A stretch of DNA of 64,000 bases from an uncultured delta proteobacterium. GTDB lineage: Bacteria > Desulfobacterota > Zymogenia > Zymogenales > Zymogenaceae. The notes under the pieces are model-generated. The model saw nothing but the letters and a program-made list of their open reading frames with translations, was not told the DNA's origin and did not search any database. Each line of letters starts with the position of its first letter. The first letter of the stretch is position 1. The DNA is taken from NCBI GenBank assembly GCA_963792965.1, contig CAWBYW010000007.1, positions 608,001 through 672,000 of the forward strand, given 5' to 3'. Positions 59,552 through 64,000 of this stretch are shown piece after piece. The translations under genes were made by a program, and so were the position numbers.

Positions 59552-59991
59552 CGTGTCGCCTCCTGATAGAGTTTATCCGATCGCCACCCGTATCGACCAT
59601 CTCCGCTCATCCCCCGCGAAGAAATAGAGCAGATAAAACCCTCCGAGGAGCAGACCCCAGGCTGACACCCGAACCGGGAAGAGTTAGGGTGAGACTCTCC
59701 TCGGCGCAGAGAGGCTCGGGGGCTCGATACTTCCGACTCCAACCGGTTGATCTGCCCGGGTCGGAGGGGGGAGATTACAACAGTCGAGCGGAAAGGACGG
59801 AGAAATCGTCGGTGAAGCCGGGGCCCGCCGTCTGATCTTTCGGCGATGAGGTCGGGGTAAGGCGATATTCGCCCCCGGTAACGAAGTCGTCGATCCGCCC
59901 GCCGGAAAGAGGCCGTACGGAAGGTCCCGTCGGCTCCCATAGAATCGTCGGAAAGGAGAGCTCGATCCACCCGCCCTTGGTCCCGTCCGTT

Positions 59992-60726
59992 TCAAATATG
60001 CTTGATCCTTCCCCGGTATTTCATGAATTCCTGAATGAGCTCTCCGAGTTTAGCGGCCTCCATGTTCACGGAAACATAGACCGCCGGCGGCTTCTTTTTC
60101 TCGGCAAGGATATGGGTGGCTTCGATGATGACACAGTGGAGAAGGATCGATCCGATGATGGTCGAAGTGGGGCCCATCATTGCCTTTACTCGCGGCACCT
60201 GGACGGAGGCGTCACCGGGGAGGACGCCGGTATCCAGCACGACATCCGCGACCTCGAAGAGACGCTTCCCCGAAGGGTGGCCCGACTTGATCGCCATCGT
60301 ATGCTTCATGCTCGTGACGGCGATGAGCTTTAGTCCCATATCTTTCATCCGGAGGGCCATCTCGATGGGGGCCTGGTTCTTGCCCGAGTTGGAGATGATG
60401 ATCGCTACGTCACTGCTCCTGATCTGGTATCCCGAAAGCGTCATCGATGCGACGCCGGCCAGCCGCTCCATGTTCGTACTGCGTAGTGCACCGTGGGAAA
60501 GGAGAAACGAGGGATCCAGGATCGCGTTTACCGGCACGATCCCCCCCGCCCGGCAAAAGATCTCCTGCGCCACGAGCGCCGAATGTCCACTGCCGAATGT
60601 GTGGACGACACCTTCCAGTTCAATGGCCTTGGCCACTAAGGCGGCGGCTTCGTTAATTTTTTCCCTCTGCGAGTCGGCGACCTCTTTGATCTGACGACCG
60701 ACCTCCTCTACAAATGCCTCCCACAT
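59992..60726 (-). CDS. Single SIS-domain phosphosugar isomerase-like protein
   Basis: FGSGHS, RAGG, ISNSGKN, GDA, GPTST. Confidence 0.87.
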   Translation of the reverse strand: MWEAFVEEVGRQIKEVADSQREKINEAAALVAKAIELEGVVHTFGSGHSALVAQEIFCRAGGIVPVNAILDPSFLLSHGALRSTNMERLAGVASMTLSGYQIRSSDVAIIISNSGKNQAPIEMALRMKDMGLKLIAVTSMKHTMAIKSGHPSGKRLFEVADVVLDTGVLPGDASVQVPRVKAMMGPTSTIIGSILLHCVIIEATHILAEKKKPPAVYVSVNMEAAKLGELIQEFMKYRGRIKHI

Positions 60727-60751
60727 GCGGTGTGACCCCCATAGCTATATG

Positions 60752-61561
60752 TTAACGCGCCAGTAACGCCCTCACCTTCGGACAGAACGGACAGAGCTCC
60801 CACGAACAGAGGAGAAATAAGGGATCTTCCTTAAGTATTCCGGTCACCGTCGTAAGCAGGCCCTTTCCCGACACCCGCTGGATCAGGGCGCCGCCCATCC
60901 GGTAGTACGTGATAAGCCCTCGCTGTTTCAACGGCTCCTCCACGGCAACAAAGTTGATACTGCATCCCGGATTTTCCCTCGGCGGGAATTCCCGCGTGGT
61001 GCCGTCCGCAAGTCGGGAAAGTAATGGACGGGCGTACTCGTCGCTATACGGGATGTCGAGGTAAGGGACGGCCGCCATGGCCTCCGCGACGTGGACGGCG
61101 GAGTTTGCCCAGTGCCCCACACCGAGAAGCAGGATATCTCCCCCCTCCTGGAGGATCAGGTCTACCGGTGAGCCAACCCCGAGGGCGGTAGCGGTTTCAT
61201 GGGCACGGACGTAGTGCTCCTTGTCTTTTCCCCATACGGCGACCGAGTGGGAGGGATGGATGCTCCGAACAACGTCCGCGCGCCTTCGAAAAATCTCGGA
61301 GATCACCCCGAGGGTGGTCGGAGTGCTCCCCGGATCGAAGATCCGTGCGGGGGGAAAGGTGAACGTTGGCATCATGATGGTGCCGGACTCCGTAACCGAC
61401 CGAACCAGCGAATCGATAACCGTGTTCGCCCCGCCCTCGACCCACCCGAGCATTTTCAGGCTTGAGTGGACGAGGAATCTCTCCCCCTCTTTGGCTCCAA
61501 TACTCCTCAGGGCTTTTTCGAGGTCGGAGCGGGTGATCTTCTCTTGGTCTGCCGCCGTCAC
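60752..61561 (-). CDS. AAC(3)-family (Antibiotic_NAT) N-acetyltransferase
   Basis: VHSSL, MPTFT, RSIHPSHS, LLLGV, HVAE; C-terminal CSWELCPFC. Confidence 0.88.
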   Translation of the reverse strand: MTAADQEKITRSDLEKALRSIGAKEGERFLVHSSLKMLGWVEGGANTVIDSLVRSVTESGTIMMPTFTFPPARIFDPGSTPTTLGVISEIFRRRADVVRSIHPSHSVAVWGKDKEHYVRAHETATALGVGSPVDLILQEGGDILLLGVGHWANSAVHVAEAMAAVPYLDIPYSDEYARPLLSRLADGTTREFPPRENPGCSINFVAVEEPLKQRGLITYYRMGGALIQRVSGKGLLTTVTGILKEDPLFLLCSWELCPFCPKVRALLAR

Positions 61562-61844
61562 GTTTTGTTTCAGGTCAGTAAGAAATCAGGTCTATAAAAG
61601 GAATGATCGACACGCGCCGCTCAGTCTTTCCCAGCCAACGCGAGGAAACGACCTCATCGCCGGCGTCACCCGAAAAAAGGGGCACGGGAATATGTCGTAT
61701 CGAGCACGCCACCACGACCCTATGAACGCACGGGTGAACGAGGGCATAAGTCCTCGATATATAACCCCTTTTCGGGACGGCTCTATCTGCGGACCCCGCC
61801 TCGCATCGACGGCAACGCCGGCTGACGTTCAGCGCTTAGCAGAG

Positions 61845-61860
61845 TGTGATGTCTGTCACA
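61845..61860. promoter_or_regulatory. CRP/FNR-family-like site
   Basis: TGTGA-TGTCTG-TCACA, a perfect TGTGA-N6-TCACA. Confidence 0.55.
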
Positions 61861-61875
61861 TTCGGTATGTTACCC

Positions 61876-61905
61876 ATTGTATTCCTTTTTTTTCTCCTTT
61901 TTCAA
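61876..61905 (-). promoter_or_regulatory. Candidate sigma70 promoter for the amino-sugar operon
   Basis: Minus-strand TTGAAA-18 nt-TACAAT. Confidence 0.45.
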
Positions 61906-61948
61906 GACTTTTCTGTAGGTTTGACAACTTTATGAAATATTTTTCTCC

Positions 61949-61977
61949 TTGAGCAAAGACGGCAAATGGGATATACT
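61949..61977 (+). promoter_or_regulatory. Candidate sigma70 promoter for moxR
   Basis: TTGAGC-17 nt-TATACT. Confidence 0.45.
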
Positions 61978-62008
61978 CTTAATCTTACATATCGCATAAG
62001 GACAGCAC

Positions 62009-62857
62009 ATGAATACCTACGCCGGAACCAAGACTTATATCGTGTCGCCCGAGCTCAGAGATTCCGTTAATGTCTCTATTGCCCTGTCACGTCCGCTCCT
62101 CGTCAAGGGCGAGCCGGGAACGGGCAAGACGCTCCTTGCCCACTCGATCGCCGAGGATCTCAACAAGAGGATCATCGTCTGGAACGTCAAGTCCACGACG
62201 AAAGCCCGGGACGGGCTCTACGTCTATGATACCGTCCAGAGACTCAACGACGCCCGCTTCGGAGAAGGAGACGTCTCCGACATCAAACGGTATATCAAGC
62301 TGGGGAAACTGGGCCAGGCATTCACGACCGACGAGCAGGTGGTGCTCCTGATCGACGAGATCGACAAGGCCGACCTCGAATTTCCCAACGATCTTCTCGG
62401 GGAAATGGATGTCATGACATTTCACATCCCCGAGACCGACGAGACCATCACGGCCAGGCACAGACCCATCGTCATCATCACGAGCAATGCCGAAAAAGAG
62501 CTGCCGGACGCCTTCCTGCGCCGGTGTGTATTTCACTACATAGAGTTCCCCCCTGAAGAGCTGATGGAGCGGATTATCCACGTTCACTTCCCCTCCATCG
62601 AGGATCAGCTCCTTTCGTCCGTCCTCAAGAAGTTCTATTGGATACGCACGATTGATCAGCTCCGGAAGAAGCCTTCCACATCCGAGCTCGTCGATTGGGT
62701 GAGGGCGCTCATGGTGGGAGGGATTACGCCCGATCGCATAGAGACCGAGATACCGTTCCTCGGGGCGCTGCTCAAGAAACGGGAGGATTTTAGCGTGCTG
62801 GAACGTCAAGGGGAAAACCAGAAGATATACGAGAAGTACCGCTCCCAGTCCCGGTAG
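62009..62857 (+). CDS. MoxR-family AAA+ ATPase
   Basis: GEPGTGKT, LIDEIDKAD, ITSN, LPDAFLRRC. Confidence 0.93.
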   Translation: MNTYAGTKTYIVSPELRDSVNVSIALSRPLLVKGEPGTGKTLLAHSIAEDLNKRIIVWNVKSTTKARDGLYVYDTVQRLNDARFGEGDVSDIKRYIKLGKLGQAFTTDEQVVLLIDEIDKADLEFPNDLLGEMDVMTFHIPETDETITARHRPIVIITSNAEKELPDAFLRRCVFHYIEFPPEELMERIIHVHFPSIEDQLLSSVLKKFYWIRTIDQLRKKPSTSELVDWVRALMVGGITPDRIETEIPFLGALLKKREDFSVLERQGENQKIYEKYRSQSR

Positions 62858-62977
62858 GCGACCCCACGTCCGTGGGGGGGCGCGGCTTTCGGCCTCGTGC
62901 CGAGATATCTCCGCTACTCCTCCGAAGGAACTCGAAGGGTTGTTGCGCCGGTGCCCCTGATTATATCAGAATAGACT

Positions 62978-64000
62978 ATGTTTACTGACTTCTTCTTTGA
63001 GCTCAAGGCCGCGGGCGTCCCGGTGACGCTCCACGAATGGATCGCCCTGCACGAGGCGCTGGCCAAGAACCTGAATTTCGCAAGCCTCGACCACTTTTAC
63101 GGCGTCGCGCGGGCGATCCTCATCAAGGATGAATCTCTTTTCGATAAGTATGACGTCGCCTTCGCCTCATATTTCAAAGGGATCCAGACGCCCGACGAGA
63201 TCATAGACGAGATCCTCAAGGGCCTCAAGAAGGTCGACGCGCTGGCCCTGACCCCTGAGGAGATGGCGCTGCTTTCGGCGCTGGATCTTGAGCAGGTCCG
63301 GGCGAACTTCGAGCGGCAGTGGCGTGAGGGCCACTACAAGGACCACTCCGGCGGCAACCGGGCCATCGGGACGGGTGGCACCTCCACCCAGGGCGCCTTC
63401 GGCTACCATCCGACGGGCATCCGCATCGGGCAGGGGGTATCGCGCTATCGACGCGCGATACAGGTCGCCGAGGAGCGCCGCTTCAAGAACTACGCGTCCG
63501 ACGTGATCCTCGATACGAGAAACATGCGTGTCGCCCTCTCACGGCTCCGGACGCTGCTGCCCGAGGGGTCGGAGGACGAGCTCTCGCTTGAGAAGACGAT
63601 CGATAAGACGGCACGAAACGCGGGGGAGATCGATCTCGTCTGGCAGAAGAGCCTCACCAACGCCGCGAAGGTGATCCTGTTGATGGACGCCGGTGGCTCA
63701 ATGGACTCGTACGTCGATCTGGCCAGTCGGCTCTTTTCGGCCGCCAAGGCCCAGATCAGGGACCTGAAATATTTCTACTTTCATAACTGCATCTACCAGG
63801 ACATTTACACGGATATGCGGCGCCGGTCCTCCTTACCGACCCACGATTTCCTCACCAAGTTCGGCCCGGAGTATAAGTGCATCGTGCTGGGGGACGCCGA
63901 CATGGGGCCGACCGAGCTCCTGAACCGGAACGGGGCGATCCACTATTTCTACTATAACGACGTCCCGGGGATAGAGTGGCTGCGTCGCGTCAAGGATCAC
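62978..64000 (+). CDS. VWA domain protein, MoxR partner; runs off the window end
   Basis: Own translation: MFTDFFFELKAAGVPVTLHEW...GGNRAIGTGGTS...LLMDAGGSMD...YFYFHNCIY. Confidence 0.88.
   Translation, partial: MFTDFFFELKAAGVPVTLHEWIALHEALAKNLNFASLDHFYGVARAILIKDESLFDKYDVAFASYFKGIQTPDEIIDEILKGLKKVDALALTPEEMALLSALDLEQVRANFERQWREGHYKDHSGGNRAIGTGGTSTQGAFGYHPTGIRIGQGVSRYRRAIQVAEERRFKNYASDVILDTRNMRVALSRLRTLLPEGSEDELSLEKTIDKTARNAGEIDLVWQKSLTNAAKVILLMDAGGSMDSYVDLASRLFSAAKAQIRDLKYFYFHNCIYQDIYTDMRRRSSLPTHDFLTKFGPEYKCIVLGDADMGPTELLNRNGAIHYFYYNDVPGIEWLRRVKDH

Noticed and set aside
60752-61561. Acquired aminoglycoside resistance gene
   Set aside because: No integron, IS or obvious compositional anomaly, and it sits at the head of a sugar operon
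61730-61840. glmS ribozyme-like words (AGCGC...CGAGG...TATCGAG) in the amino-sugar operon leader
   Set aside because: The conserved AGCGCC and GACGAGG are not intact and the spacing is wrong; cmsearch with the Rfam glmS model would settle it
62009-64000. MoxR/VWA pair as a novel system
   Set aside because: A widespread, known chaperone-type pair; the client cannot be identified here because the locus is truncated

Overview
A GC-rich, gene-dense 64 kb bacterial chromosomal segment. The gene content suggests an anaerobic Desulfobacterota/Deltaproteobacteria-type organism (inference). Main blocks, in order: (1) a V4R protein, a 53-aa membrane ORF and a metallophosphoesterase/WbdD-like methyltransferase fusion; (2) a TetR-linked acyl-CoA catabolic operon with two CoA ligases, a BKACE-family enzyme, DUF35 + Ltp4-like + Ltp3-like + DUF35 proteins, a MaoC hydratase and an IVD-type acyl-CoA dehydrogenase; (3) mreBCD-mrdA-rodA running directly into archease-rtcB, followed by an M23 peptidase; (4) mixed housekeeping genes, including two HhH-GPD glycosylases, a PLP decarboxylase, a B12 radical SAM enzyme, a FadL-like barrel and a TPP enzyme; (5) a second lipid/redox cluster (NMO, ECH, hotdog protein, FadH-like, CrtI-like, FNR-2Fe2S, ferredoxin); (6) an amino-sugar operon led by an AAC(3)-fold acetyltransferase; (7) a MoxR/VWA pair. 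About ten frameshifts, almost all explainable by one extra base, look like assembly errors. I saw no tRNA, rRNA, CRISPR array or transposase. The best candidates for undescribed biology are the BKACE + Cys-less thiolase (retro-aldolase) operon with its GTTAGT-N3-ACTAAC operator motif, and the AAC(3)/SIS/kinase/ceramidase-like/NagA amino-sugar pathway. All family calls come from motif recognition by eye; no searches were run.
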